Notes: generated from the letters alone by a model not told the origin. 48,895 nucleotides of DNA from a candidate division WOR-3 bacterium (GCA_037444665.1 JBBILZ010000010.1:1-48895); one strand, 5' to 3'; shown: positions 17,865-27,511, counted from the first letter of the stretch. Numbers and translations: made by a program.

Positions 17865-20006
17865 CTATTTTTTACAGTTCAAACAAAATGGTCTATTCTT
17901 TTTTACAACCATCCCTTTTCCGCATATTGGGCATTTTTCATCTATTGGTGGATAGAAACTGCTAAATCCGCACTCTTTACATTTATAAATTTTGCCTCTT
18001 TTTCCAGAAAATATTAGAATTGTGCCTCCGCAAATTGGACAGGGTACATCATGGCTCAAATTTTCCGTGTATTTGCATTCAGGATATCCACTACAGGCAA
18101 GAAATTCACCAAATTTTCCTTTTTTTATGACGAGATTATTGCCACATTTAGGGCAGACCTTATTGGTTAATTTAACCTCAAAATTTTCAGAATATTTGCA
18201 TTCAGGAAAACCTGAGCATGCAAGAAATTTACCATATTTGCCCCACCTTACGACCATTGGTCTGCCGCATTTTTGACATTTTTTTTCAACTGTTTGCTGG
18301 ATATTCTTTCTGATATTCTCGGCATCTGCTTTTGCTGAATTTAAACTTGTTTCAAATGGTTCATAAAATTCTCTCACAGCTTCCTGCCATTTTTTCTTTC
18401 CTGCTTCAACCTGGTCCAGTTCTTCTTCCATACGGGCAGTAAATGGTATTTCAAAAATGTTGTTGAATCTTGGAATAATTATATTATACACTTCCCGTCC
18501 TAATTCTGCAGGAACAAGTTTGCCATTATTTTTTATGATGTATCTGCGGTCAAAAAGGGTTTGGATAATATGAGCATAGGTAGATGGCCTGCCTATGCCA
18601 TTCTCTTCCAATTTTTTTATTAATGTTGCTTCAGTAAATCTGGGGAGTGGTTCAGTCTGTTTTTCTTCAGAAATTAACTTTATTAAGGTTACAGCATCAC
18701 TCACTTTTAAATCAGGCACAAAGCCACGCTGTGTGGTTTCACCAGTTAATAATTGATAGCCCAAAAATAATGGTTTGGTTTCTTCACTTTTAAATTGAAA
18801 TCCTAATGCCTCTAAAAATACCTCTTTTAGTTCATATCTTGCTGATGTCATTTGTGAAGCAACGAATCGGTTATATATCAATTTGTAAATTTTGTATTGT
18901 TCTGGTGTGAGGTAATCAATGATTGAATCTGGTTCAATATTGATTCTTGTGGGTCTTATTGCCTCGTGCCCGGATTGGGCATTTTTTCTTTCTTTAAATA
19001 CCCTCGGTTCCCTGGGAATATATTCGCTACCATATTTCCCATCAATATACTCTCTTAGCGCCTCAATTGCCTGTTCATTGACCCTTGTAGAATCAGTGCG
19101 CATATAGGTTATCAAACCGATCGTTCCCTGAGGTAAACGCACACCTTCGTAAAGGTTCTGTGCAATCTGCATTGTTCTTTTGGGTGAGATGTTTAACTGG
19201 CGCGATGCTTCCTGCTGTAATGTTGAAGTAATAAAGGGCGGCGCTGGAATTTTTTCCGGTGTAGTAATGCGATAAGCAGTAACATTAAATTTTGTATTCG
19301 GTTTTAGGAGATTTTCAATGCGTGTAAGTTCATCTTTGCTGAGAATCTTTTTTACAACCCCATCAATCTTTAATAGCACTGCATTAAACTCTTCACTCTT
19401 ATCGGTTTTGAATACACCTGAGATATTCCAGTACGGAGTAGGAACAAATGATTCAATCTCTTTTTCCCGCTCACAGATTATTCTTAAAGCAACACTCTGA
19501 ACCCTGCCGGCAGAGAGCCCTGATTTTAATACCTTCCAGAGTAGTGGACTTGTAAAGTATCCAACAATACGGTCCAGCACCCTTCTTGCCTTATGTGCAT
19601 CAACAAGATTGGCATTTATTGAAACAGGATTTTGTAGGGCTTTTTTGACATATTCGGGCGTAATTTCATGAAAAAGGGCTCTTTTTACGATTGGGGCGTT
19701 TGAATTGAGTTCTTCGGCAATATGCTGGGCAATAGCTTCTCCTTCTCGGTCCGGGTCTGAAGCAATATAAATTTTTGTAGAATCCTTACAGGTTTTTTTT
19801 ATTTCGTTTATTATTTTTGCCTTACCTTTGATTTTTATATATCTCGGTTCAAAGTTATTTTTTATATTCACGCCGAGTTCAGACTTTGGTAGATCTTTTA
19901 TATGCCCTTTTGATGAGACTATGACATAGTCTTTGCCTAAAAAATTCTTAATAGTTTTACCTTTTGTTGGTGATTCTACTATTATGACCTTTTTGCCTTT
20001 AGCCAC
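17865..20006 (-). CDS. topA: DNA topoisomerase I with C-terminal zinc ribbons
   Basis: IVESPTK, GHIKDL, DPDREGEAI, SAGRVQS, ITYMRTDS, HEAIRPT, GIGRPST; multiple C-terminal CxxC motifs; GTG start. Confidence 0.97.
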   Translation of the reverse strand: MAKGKKVIIVESPTKGKTIKNFLGKDYVIVSSKGHIKDLPKSELGVNIKNNFEPRYIKIKGKAKIINEIKKTCKDSTKIYIASDPDREGEAIAQHIAEELNSNAPIVKRALFHEITPEYVKKALQNPVSINANLVDAHKARRVLDRIVGYFTSPLLWKVLKSGLSAGRVQSVALRIICEREKEIESFVPTPYWNISGVFKTDKSEEFNAVLLKIDGVVKKILSKDELTRIENLLKPNTKFNVTAYRITTPEKIPAPPFITSTLQQEASRQLNISPKRTMQIAQNLYEGVRLPQGTIGLITYMRTDSTRVNEQAIEALREYIDGKYGSEYIPREPRVFKERKNAQSGHEAIRPTRINIEPDSIIDYLTPEQYKIYKLIYNRFVASQMTSARYELKEVFLEALGFQFKSEETKPLFLGYQLLTGETTQRGFVPDLKVSDAVTLIKLISEEKQTEPLPRFTEATLIKKLEENGIGRPSTYAHIIQTLFDRRYIIKNNGKLVPAELGREVYNIIIPRFNNIFEIPFTARMEEELDQVEAGKKKWQEAVREFYEPFETSLNSAKADAENIRKNIQQTVEKKCQKCGRPMVVRWGKYGKFLACSGFPECKYSENFEVKLTNKVCPKCGNNLVIKKGKFGEFLACSGYPECKYTENLSHDVPCPICGGTILIFSGKRGKIYKCKECGFSSFYPPIDEKCPICGKGMVVKKNRPFCLNCKK

Positions 20007-20011
20007 AATTT

Positions 20012-20039
20012 ATTATACGCAATTGCCAAATAATGTCAA
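20012..20039 (-). promoter_or_regulatory. Consensus promoter of topA, apparently leaderless
   Basis: TTGACA-N16-TATAAT-N5-GTG. Confidence 0.75.
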
Positions 20040-20067
20040 GTGTTTGTTTAATTTCTTTTTTTCATCC

Positions 20068-20095
20068 TTGCAATTATCTAAAATTCTGATATAAT
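20068..20095 (+). promoter_or_regulatory. Promoter of plsC-ispH, apparently leaderless
   Basis: TTGCAA-N16-TATAAT-N5-ATG. Confidence 0.65.
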
Positions 20096-20100
20096 TTTTT

Positions 20101-20679
20101 ATGGGAATCAGATGGTTATTATCCTGGTTATTTACATTTCCTATTTTTCTTCTTCTTAGTGGGGTTGAAATTAAAGGTAAAATTCCCAAAAAGGGTGCAG
20201 TGATTCTTGCAAGTAATCATCTTTCATTTTTGGATCCACCGCTTGTGGGCTACACTGCATTCAGAGAAGTTTTTTTCCTTGCTAAATCAGGGCTATTTAT
20301 CCTCTCAAAATTTTTTACCTGGTTGATAAAAACATATAATGCCATAAATCTTGAAGGTGGACAGGGTATAAGACCCGCAATAAAATTGCTAAAACAGGGC
20401 AAGGCAGTTGTTATATTTCCTGAAGGGACAAGGTCGCGCATAGGAACGCTATTGCCATTCAATGTCGGTGTAGGTTATCTCGCAATTACTTATAATGTTC
20501 CGGTAGTGCCGGTTCGTATCATAAATTCCAATAAAAAACTGGTCAGCTTAATATTTCGGTTTAACAAGTTAAAGATAATTTATGGCGAGTCAATTCTACC
20601 TGATGGATATAAAAAAACTAAAGAAGATTTTGAAGTTTTTGCGCAAAGAATTAGGAAGGAGGTTCAAAATCTAAAATGA
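20101..20679 (+). CDS. plsC: 1-acyl-sn-glycerol-3-phosphate acyltransferase
   Basis: SNHLSFLDP (HX4D), FLAK, IFPEGTRS and VPVVP. Confidence 0.92.
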   Translation: MGIRWLLSWLFTFPIFLLLSGVEIKGKIPKKGAVILASNHLSFLDPPLVGYTAFREVFFLAKSGLFILSKFFTWLIKTYNAINLEGGQGIRPAIKLLKQGKAVVIFPEGTRSRIGTLLPFNVGVGYLAITYNVPVVPVRIINSNKKLVSLIFRFNKLKIIYGESILPDGYKKTKEDFEVFAQRIRKEVQNLK

Positions 20680-21512
20680 AGATATATTGTGCAAGCCATT
20701 CAGGATTCTGCTTTGGAGTAAAAAGGGCAATAAAGATGGCAATGGATGCGGCAAAAAAGAGGAAGTCTGTTTATTCTATAGGTCCCTTAATTCATAATCA
20801 GAGTTTTGTTGAACATCTTGCACGACAGGGTATAAAAGTTATTGAAAAAATTGACGATATAAAAAATCCTGATGCAACAGTCATTATCCGCTCGCACGGT
20901 GTGAAACCATCACTTCTTAGGGGTTTGAAAAAGAATGGTCTGAATATTATTGATGCAACATGTCCTAAGGTGAGGCGCGCCCAGCGATATGTGGAAAAAC
21001 TTGTCCGTGAAGGTTATTTTGTTGTCATTATTGGCGAAAAGGACCATCCCGAGGTTAAGGGTTTGGTCGGTTATGCAGGAAAGAATTCGGCTATTTTCTC
21101 GGATGATTTAGAAATCAAACATAAAAAAATTGGCGTTGTACCACAGACCACACTTGATTTTGAACATTTTTATGGCGCTATCAAAAATCTTCTTCCCAAA
21201 GTCATAGAAATGAAAATCTATAATACAATCTGTGATGAGACAATATTAAGAATCAATGAGGCACTTTCCATTGCCCGCAATGTTGATATGATGATTGTTA
21301 TTGGTGGTAAGAATAGTGCCAATACTACAAGATTGTATCAGATATGCAAGAGTATTAGACCTTCGCATCACATAGAATCAGTAGCCGATATAAATTTAGA
21401 ATGGTTTAAAGGCATCAATAGTGTTGGAGTTACTGCTGGTGCATCAACCCCTGATGAACAGATAAAGAAAGTTGTAGAATATTTAAAAAATATAAAAAAC
21501 CGTAAGTTTTGA
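20676..21512 (+). CDS. ispH: 4-hydroxy-3-methylbut-2-enyl diphosphate reductase
   Basis: GFCFGVKRA, IHN, IRSHG, DATCP, HPEV, QTT, TICD, SANT and TAGASTP. Confidence 0.97.
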   Translation: MKIYCASHSGFCFGVKRAIKMAMDAAKKRKSVYSIGPLIHNQSFVEHLARQGIKVIEKIDDIKNPDATVIIRSHGVKPSLLRGLKKNGLNIIDATCPKVRRAQRYVEKLVREGYFVVIIGEKDHPEVKGLVGYAGKNSAIFSDDLEIKHKKIGVVPQTTLDFEHFYGAIKNLLPKVIEMKIYNTICDETILRINEALSIARNVDMMIVIGGKNSANTTRLYQICKSIRPSHHIESVADINLEWFKGINSVGVTAGASTPDEQIKKVVEYLKNIKNRKF

Positions 21513-21516
21513 CCGC

Positions 21517-23172
21517 TTAAAAGTCTCGTCGTTCCATTGCTCTTATTCCGAATTTTATTGGTAAAAAAATGGTTGCAAAGTTTAAGATTGCAAATAATAC
21601 GAAACTCATCGTTATAAGGCGGATATTTGTTGGTTTTTTAAAATAAAAGCTGAGCAGGAAATTATGGACCGGAGCAGCAAAAATGATGATTACAATTCCA
21701 ATGTAGGCAATACTTATTAAAGCAGCAATTATTCCGCCGCTACCTGAAGCAATCTTACTCGGATTATCCTCATTGAATTGCGGGAATATACAGCCAATAC
21801 CAAGGTTGATTGAAATTAATGATATAGCAACAAAAAAACTGATAAGCAAGGAAAAGTTAAAGATTACAGGTGCAGTTTTGATAAACAGATTTGCCACAAT
21901 AAGAAGGCATTCCATAAGTGCAATGCCGATAATCAAATAAAAGAGAAATTTTATCATTATCATTTTTGTCAGTGTGAATGGAGAAGATGCGATAAGCCAT
22001 ACCCCTTTCTTTTCAAGGCTCATTGCCGGAAATATAAATCTCACACCGAGCGTGGCAATGACAAAACTGACATAGGCGAAGTTGGCAAATGAAATAATAA
22101 CATTCCACAGCGAAAAACTGAAGAAGAGTGGAGTTCTACGCAATGAGAAAATATAGATAACCAGAAGGATAATGAAGATGGCAAGTTGCACCCATTGGGT
22201 GGGTTCACGGACAAAGAGCAAAATATCTTTCCATAAAAAGGCAAATGTAGAATTAGTTTGATACTGGACAAGCAATGATTTTTTTGTGGAAGTTTTATCT
22301 GAGTGTTCTGCAACTTCAAGGAATGATTTATGATAGATAATCTGTGCAAGATTATAGGCAAGCAGAACAATACTCAAGGCAACTGAAAAAAGGAGTAATA
22401 GATAGAATATGCCATCATTATTTCTTAATGCAAAGTTTTGTAAAATATTGCTGACCCAGGTTGATGGCACATAACTTCCTCCTACAGTCGTCAATCTAAC
22501 TACAAAATTTAATAGTTCCTTTTCATTTTCAGTTTCAAAGATTCTGAGTAATTCAGGGTTACCTATTTTTATATACAGAAATACCAATAGTAAAATAAAG
22601 ATTAGGGCAATAAAGATAATGTTTTTAGGTTTCAGTTTAGGAAATAGTCGGACAATAATAAATATTATAATAGAGGATATTCCTGCGGGAATAATTAGAA
22701 AGATCAGAAAACTTAAAAATGAGACAGGATAAAATATTAAGCCAGCATTGTTACACACGCCGTAGGCAACAAACAGGGGTATTGCCATTGTCATTGTTGC
22801 CCATGAGGCATATAGTGCATTTTCAAAAAGTTTGGCGAGATATATTGTGGTTGGAAAAACAGGCAGTGAAAATAGAAAATTGAGTTCCTGATTATTATAG
22901 AATGTTGAAAATGAGCTGATAATGTTACTGAAAAGGAGCATTATGAAAAAGACAAAGAGAACCATCTCCAGGGTGCGTGCCATAACTGCAGGACCTATCA
23001 TTTCCACAGTGGTCAGGTATTTAAAGATTCTAAAAAATGTATAATAGCCACCACTTATGAACAACAGTAATATAATAAAAAAAGTTATACGCGGAAGTTT
23101 ATGTTCACCAGGTGTAAAATATTTAAAAATGAGACGTAAACGAATGCCAAGTAGTAAAAAAAAATTCTTCAA
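21517..23172 (-). CDS. Putative ABC-2 type exporter permease (multi-pass)
   Basis: About 12 hydrophobic segments; ELNFLFSLP, KDILLFVREP and SLEKKGVWLIASSP; TTG start overlaps the ATPase stop. Confidence 0.75.
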   Translation of the reverse strand: MKNFFLLLGIRLRLIFKYFTPGEHKLPRITFFIILLLFISGGYYTFFRIFKYLTTVEMIGPAVMARTLEMVLFVFFIMLLFSNIISSFSTFYNNQELNFLFSLPVFPTTIYLAKLFENALYASWATMTMAIPLFVAYGVCNNAGLIFYPVSFLSFLIFLIIPAGISSIIIFIIVRLFPKLKPKNIIFIALIFILLLVFLYIKIGNPELLRIFETENEKELLNFVVRLTTVGGSYVPSTWVSNILQNFALRNNDGIFYLLLLFSVALSIVLLAYNLAQIIYHKSFLEVAEHSDKTSTKKSLLVQYQTNSTFAFLWKDILLFVREPTQWVQLAIFIILLVIYIFSLRRTPLFFSFSLWNVIISFANFAYVSFVIATLGVRFIFPAMSLEKKGVWLIASSPFTLTKMIMIKFLFYLIIGIALMECLLIVANLFIKTAPVIFNFSLLISFFVAISLISINLGIGCIFPQFNEDNPSKIASGSGGIIAALISIAYIGIVIIIFAAPVHNFLLSFYFKKPTNIRLITMSFVLFAILNFATIFLPIKFGIRAMERRDF

Positions 23173-23894
23173 TTTTCTTCGGTTATTTTCAGATAAGTTT
23201 CTTCAATATCTTTTCTGCCGGTGCTCTGTGCCAATTGTTCGGGTGTTCCAACAAATTTCAATTCGCCTTTGTTTATAATGCCTATGCGATGGGCAATCTG
23301 CTGGGCAAAGGAAAGCGTATGGGTGGATACGAGCAGGGTTTTACCCTGGTTTGCGAGTTCAGTGAAAGTCTCGCGCACATTTTTGCTTATTTTGGGGTCA
23401 AGTCCGACGAGCGGTTCATCAATAAGCACAAACATTGGGTTGTGAATCAATAGCTGGCACATAATGACCTTCTGTTTCATTCCGTGGGAATAAGTTTCTG
23501 ATGGTGCATCAATCCAGTCACCAATCTCAAATCTTTTTAAGAGTTCAGGTAGTCTTTTTTCGTATTCTTCTCTTGTTACATTAAAGATGCCCGCAACAAA
23601 ATTGATAAACTCACGGCCGGTTAATTTATTGTAGATGAAGGGTTCATCAGGTACATAACCGAGTAATGATTTATATTTTACTGGTTCTTTTTTTATATCA
23701 ATACCATTTATTGAGATCTGACCGGTATCAGGATGGAGTAATCCAGCAATGAGTTTTAAAGTTGTAGTTTTACCTGCACCATTGGGTCCGAGAAGGACAA
23801 ATATCTCACCCTGTTTTAATTCAAGACTTAAGTTTTTTACTGCCCAGATGCCATTAAAAGATTTTGATAGATTTGAAATGACGAGTGCATTCAT
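23169..23894 (-). CDS. ABC transporter ATP-binding protein
   Basis: Walker A GPNGAGKTT, signature YSHGMKQK, Walker B LIDEP, STH switch. Confidence 0.95.
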   Translation of the reverse strand: MNALVISNLSKSFNGIWAVKNLSLELKQGEIFVLLGPNGAGKTTTLKLIAGLLHPDTGQISINGIDIKKEPVKYKSLLGYVPDEPFIYNKLTGREFINFVAGIFNVTREEYEKRLPELLKRFEIGDWIDAPSETYSHGMKQKVIMCQLLIHNPMFVLIDEPLVGLDPKISKNVRETFTELANQGKTLLVSTHTLSFAQQIAHRIGIINKGELKFVGTPEQLAQSTGRKDIEETYLKITEEN

Positions 23895-23925
23895 AATTTA
23901 GTTGGAATTTTTTTTAAAAAATTAA

Positions 23926-25392
23926 TCATTTATATTCCAACGCTTCAATCTTCAATTTGCCCACAACCTTCAAGACCGCGGTCCAGTCTGATATCTCACC
24001 TTCTTTTAATTTCAAATGATACACATCTGCAGGAAACTGGTTGAATGTTGGGTCAACTGCGACCCATTTACCAAGCCATACTGCACACCAGGCATGATAA
24101 AAATATGCATCTCCTCTTAAATTAACAAGGCCAACATAAATCTTTGCAGGGATACCTATTGACCGCGCAAGTGCAGTAAAGAGCACTGCATGTTCATTAC
24201 AATCGCCTTCTTTTGTTTTGAGCACATCAATTGCTGAAGGCATTGATGGTGTAGCAACTTTTCTTATCATCTGATAGACTGCGCGGACAAGTTTTTTGGT
24301 GCGTAAAATTGCCGATTCTTCATTACCCACAATTTCTTTTGCTACTTTCATAATTTCTGGATTATCACACTGGATGTATGCAGAAGGCGTTAAAAACTCA
24401 TGGTGCGCCTGTGCCGCGCCTTGAAAATCAGAGAGTTCGTTTATATCCGCTTGTATGATATCAATTGTTAAGGGCTCTTCTGAAACCACTCTTTGATAAT
24501 CATCACTTAAATCCAGCCCTTCTGTTTGTAAATCTGTAAGTTTAAGTTTTACAAAGGTGATGTTTTTGTCTTCAGGTAAAGGTATGGGTAATTTTATAGA
24601 AAAGAATCCCAGTAATTCAAAAGCATCCTGAGGTTTGATTTCAGCGAGTGCTTCTTGTTTTGTTATCGGAATCATTTCCATATACAGATTGGGGATTTCA
24701 CTTTTTATTATCTTGTAGTCATTATCAAGATAGAGGTATGTGACCACACCCATATAATTGACTTCTACTTTTTTGCCCATAAATTGTTTGTCAAAGACTT
24801 TTACCATCTCATCAGGATGGACCTTTAATTTTGCCTGACCTGATGATTGGCTTGTGGGATCAAAATATGGAATAGATATCTCATCTCCTGGTTTCAGATT
24901 CTTCTTTTTTACAAGCTGGTCAATCGCATCAGGGAAATAAGGTTTTTCTTTTATCTCTTTTACCTGGGTCTGCTCTACACCGTGCGAGTAATTTGTCAAC
25001 ACCAGCTGGTTATCTTTTATTAATCCCTTAATCTTTGCTTCATGGCCTGGGGTTTCTATTGAAATAGAAAAATTGTTCAAGGCGTAAGCAGTATCGGTCT
25101 GGGCAAATAGATGTGTAGCCAGGGTTGTAATCTGGTTCATCATATTGATGGTCATCTGACTTCTATTTTCAATTGTTAGTCCTGATTCAAATGTCGTTAT
25201 CTTAGTAAATGAATAGCCGACCCTTTCTCCCTGGATAAAGATACCGAGCCATTCTTCCTGAATATCCTTTACTTCCTGGGTCTGGGTCTTTTCTACTTCC
25301 TCAGATTTTGCATTAACTGGAATATGGGAAATAAGATATATGGTTATTGCAATAATTCCAATTAAAATAAGAATGCCTATAATTCTTTTCAT
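23926..25392 (-). CDS. Membrane-anchored transglutaminase-like (Cys-His-Asp) domain protein
   Basis: N-terminal TM helix; GDCNEHA..ARSIGIPA, YHAW and VDPT triad motifs. Confidence 0.85.
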   Translation of the reverse strand: MKRIIGILILIGIIAITIYLISHIPVNAKSEEVEKTQTQEVKDIQEEWLGIFIQGERVGYSFTKITTFESGLTIENRSQMTINMMNQITTLATHLFAQTDTAYALNNFSISIETPGHEAKIKGLIKDNQLVLTNYSHGVEQTQVKEIKEKPYFPDAIDQLVKKKNLKPGDEISIPYFDPTSQSSGQAKLKVHPDEMVKVFDKQFMGKKVEVNYMGVVTYLYLDNDYKIIKSEIPNLYMEMIPITKQEALAEIKPQDAFELLGFFSIKLPIPLPEDKNITFVKLKLTDLQTEGLDLSDDYQRVVSEEPLTIDIIQADINELSDFQGAAQAHHEFLTPSAYIQCDNPEIMKVAKEIVGNEESAILRTKKLVRAVYQMIRKVATPSMPSAIDVLKTKEGDCNEHAVLFTALARSIGIPAKIYVGLVNLRGDAYFYHAWCAVWLGKWVAVDPTFNQFPADVYHLKLKEGEISDWTAVLKVVGKLKIEALEYK

Positions 25393-25410
25393 TTTGTAGC
25401 TCCTTTGAGT

Positions 25411-25438
25411 ATTATATACATCAGCAAATACAAGTCAA
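25411..25438 (-). promoter_or_regulatory. Promoter of the transglutaminase-ABC operon
   Basis: TTGACT-N16-TATAAT; AGGAG RBS. Confidence 0.65.
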
Positions 25439-25510
25439 TAAGAATAGCAAGCGTTAACACATCCCTGCAGGTTTAAAATGGCTCAAGAAAGCTCAGAAAG
25501 GGTTATGTAT

Positions 25511-25600
25511 CAAGGGTAAAAAAGGGTAAAGAAGGGTGAAGAGGGGTAAAAAGGGGTGAAGAGGGGTGAAGAGGGGTAAAAAGGGGTGAAGAGGGGTAAA
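25511..25600 (+). repeat. 10-bp tandem repeat, 9 copies (consensus RARGGGTRAA)
   Basis: caagggtaaa aaagggtaaa gaagggtgaa gaggggtaaa aaggggtgaa gaggggtgaa gaggggtaaa aaggggtgaa gaggggtaaa. Confidence 0.9.
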
Positions 25601-25643
25601 GGATGATAAAGGGTTATCAATGGGAATTAGGGATGGGTAGGGA

Positions 25644-25780
25644 GTAAGTAGTAGGTAGTATGTAGTAGATAACTAAAAAGACTAAATAAACCAAACAGAC
25701 CAGAAAGACCAAAAAAGCCATTCACTTAGTCGTTAATCGTTATACGGTTACGAAGCCCGTATCGTACTTCCAACTTCCAT
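25644..25780 (+). repeat. Mosaic of degenerate 7-, 9- and 7/8-bp tandem repeats
   Basis: GTAAGTA/GTAGGTA/GTATGTA/GTAGATA (25644-25671); AACTAAAAA/GACTAAATA/AACCAAACA/GACCAGAAA/GACCAAAAA (25671-25715); CGTTA/GGTTA units near 25730-25751; ACTTCCA x2. Confidence 0.75.
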
Positions 25781-25804
25781 GCCCACTTCTTCAACCAACC
25801 TCCG

Positions 25805-27511
25805 TCATCTCAATAATATCACCTTCTCAACCTGTTTCAACCCTTCGCTTTCCAGTTTTACAAAATAGACCCCTGCAGGCAATGGGCGGCCAGAATCATC
25901 TGTGCCATCCCAGAGAACCGTTGAACGTTCAACGTTAAACGTTAAACGGGAAAAATCTCTAACCAGTCTGCCTGTCGCATCGTAGATCTTTAAAGTAGCG
26001 GGTAGCGAGTAGCAAGTAGAGAGATTAGAATCTATTTTGGAATTATTTGGGATTTGGTCCGCCACACTTCTTGGCGGATTGGAATTTGTTTCGAATTTCG
26101 AATTTCGTATTTCGAATTTAATCACGCAGTGATTCTGGAATGGATTTGGAACAATATTGAGTGTACTTTTCTTTGGTGTTTCGGTTTTGGTCTCATCAAT
26201 ACCCACAATCGGATTACGACCAACATACCAGCGGCTGTAGATCGGGTTGCCCCAATTGACATTCCACCATAGATCCAGTAATGGGTCAGAGATTGCACAA
26301 CCAAATGCAAAGAACAACTGCCCATTGCCTGCTGGGTCAACCCTCTTGGCAATCTGCCAGAGGCAGTTGTTATGGTCGGATATTCCACTCGTAAGGCTTA
26401 TCGGTGAATGCCAGGTCACACCATTGTCTGCTGAATAGTTGTAATAGACATCCCAGAATGTATACTGACCTGAACCACTACGCACCTTACCAAACAAGAC
26501 CACTGCATAATTACCACCTGTGCCAATTGTCGGATAGAAGTTCTCTGCACCGCTCGTGGTCACGCCAACCTCAATACAGGGCTGGCCAGAAGCAATTGAA
26601 ACATAGATTTTTCCCTCATACGGATAATCAGCATCATCACCATTGATCATATCAAATACTAAGATTGGATTACCCGCATCAGTCACTGCCATCTGGCACC
26701 AGTAAAGCACATTATTTGTAAAGGGATTGGGCCAGACCAGATTATAGGTCTGCTGCGCACTCCAGTTTATACCATCAGTTGAGGTTTTGTAATAGACATT
26801 CAGATTATAATCATAATAGAACACATAAGCAATCCCGGCATTGATGTCAAAACCCCAGTAATATGAAGTTGCAGGTGCGAGTGTGCCACCACCAATGAAC
26901 GAATCTAAGGCAGGGGTCCAGACCCGATAAAGAATATCATATGTACCAGTCATTCCGATAAACAGTATATTTCCATTGGGCAGTTGTTTACCAATATTTT
27001 TATGGGTATTGACATTTCCCGTACCTACACCAACCGGGTCATCCCAGAATGAAGAGAACCAGCCACCACTCTCATACTGTGCACCCATACCACCCCAGGC
27101 ACCACTGATGAGATAAGGAAATGAGATATGCGGACCATTACCTGAACCATCATCACTGGCAATTGAATTTGGATACCGTGCACCAACTGAGCAGACATTT
27201 TCATCAGTTACAAAAATGCTGAATAGATTATCACTCTGCCAGACATCAAGATTATTACCAACTGTAAAATTTCTGCAGACAAACTGAATATAACCGAGCA
27301 ATGGGTTGTATGCCAGACACTCCTGTATCTGGGTCCACATTGTATACTCAGTTGAAGAATCTACAGGGATTATGTGCTGCTGCGCAACAGTTGGATAATG
27401 TGGACCAGAAATTACATTGTCCACATCATCTATCTTTGCTTTATCAATATTTGTGGGAATCGTAATCCCAGCAACGAGCCCAATAATAACCATCACACTA
27501 TTTGTTAACAT
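25805..27511 (-). CDS. Secreted protein (probable beta-propeller) with FlgD-Ig/T9SS-like C-terminal sorting domain
   Basis: Asp-box-like STDGINWS and SADNGVTW; C-terminal IVPNPF...LKIYDATGRLVR...WDGTDDSGRPLPAGVYFVKL...EKVILLR. Confidence 0.8.
   Translation of the reverse strand: MLTNSVMVIIGLVAGITIPTNIDKAKIDDVDNVISGPHYPTVAQQHIIPVDSSTEYTMWTQIQECLAYNPLLGYIQFVCRNFTVGNNLDVWQSDNLFSIFVTDENVCSVGARYPNSIASDDGSGNGPHISFPYLISGAWGGMGAQYESGGWFSSFWDDPVGVGTGNVNTHKNIGKQLPNGNILFIGMTGTYDILYRVWTPALDSFIGGGTLAPATSYYWGFDINAGIAYVFYYDYNLNVYYKTSTDGINWSAQQTYNLVWPNPFTNNVLYWCQMAVTDAGNPILVFDMINGDDADYPYEGKIYVSIASGQPCIEVGVTTSGAENFYPTIGTGGNYAVVLFGKVRSGSGQYTFWDVYYNYSADNGVTWHSPISLTSGISDHNNCLWQIAKRVDPAGNGQLFFAFGCAISDPLLDLWWNVNWGNPIYSRWYVGRNPIVGIDETKTETPKKSTLNIVPNPFQNHCVIKFEIRNSKFETNSNPPRSVADQIPNNSKIDSNLSTCYSLPATLKIYDATGRLVRDFSRLTFNVERSTVLWDGTDDSGRPLPAGVYFVKLESEGLKQVEKVILLR
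25919..26116. repeat. Heptamer arrays and a GC palindrome inside the sorting-domain coding sequence
   Basis: CGTTNAA x4 (25919-25946), GTAG(C/A)RR x4 (25995-26022), TCCGCCA-N7-TGGCGGA (26058-26078), TTTCG(A/T)A x4 (26089-26116). Confidence 0.85.

Noticed and set aside
20101..21512. plsC-ispH without cmk and rpsA as a novelty
   Set aside because: A partial version of a common gene cluster; rearrangement alone is unremarkable.
25511..25780. Possible CRISPR array
   Set aside because: Units are 7-10 bp and head-to-tail with no unique spacers; no cas genes in the window.
25805..26120. Diversity-generating retroelement target in the variable-looking C-terminus
   Set aside because: No reverse transcriptase and no TR/VR pair differing at adenines in the window; tandem heptamers explain the oddity.
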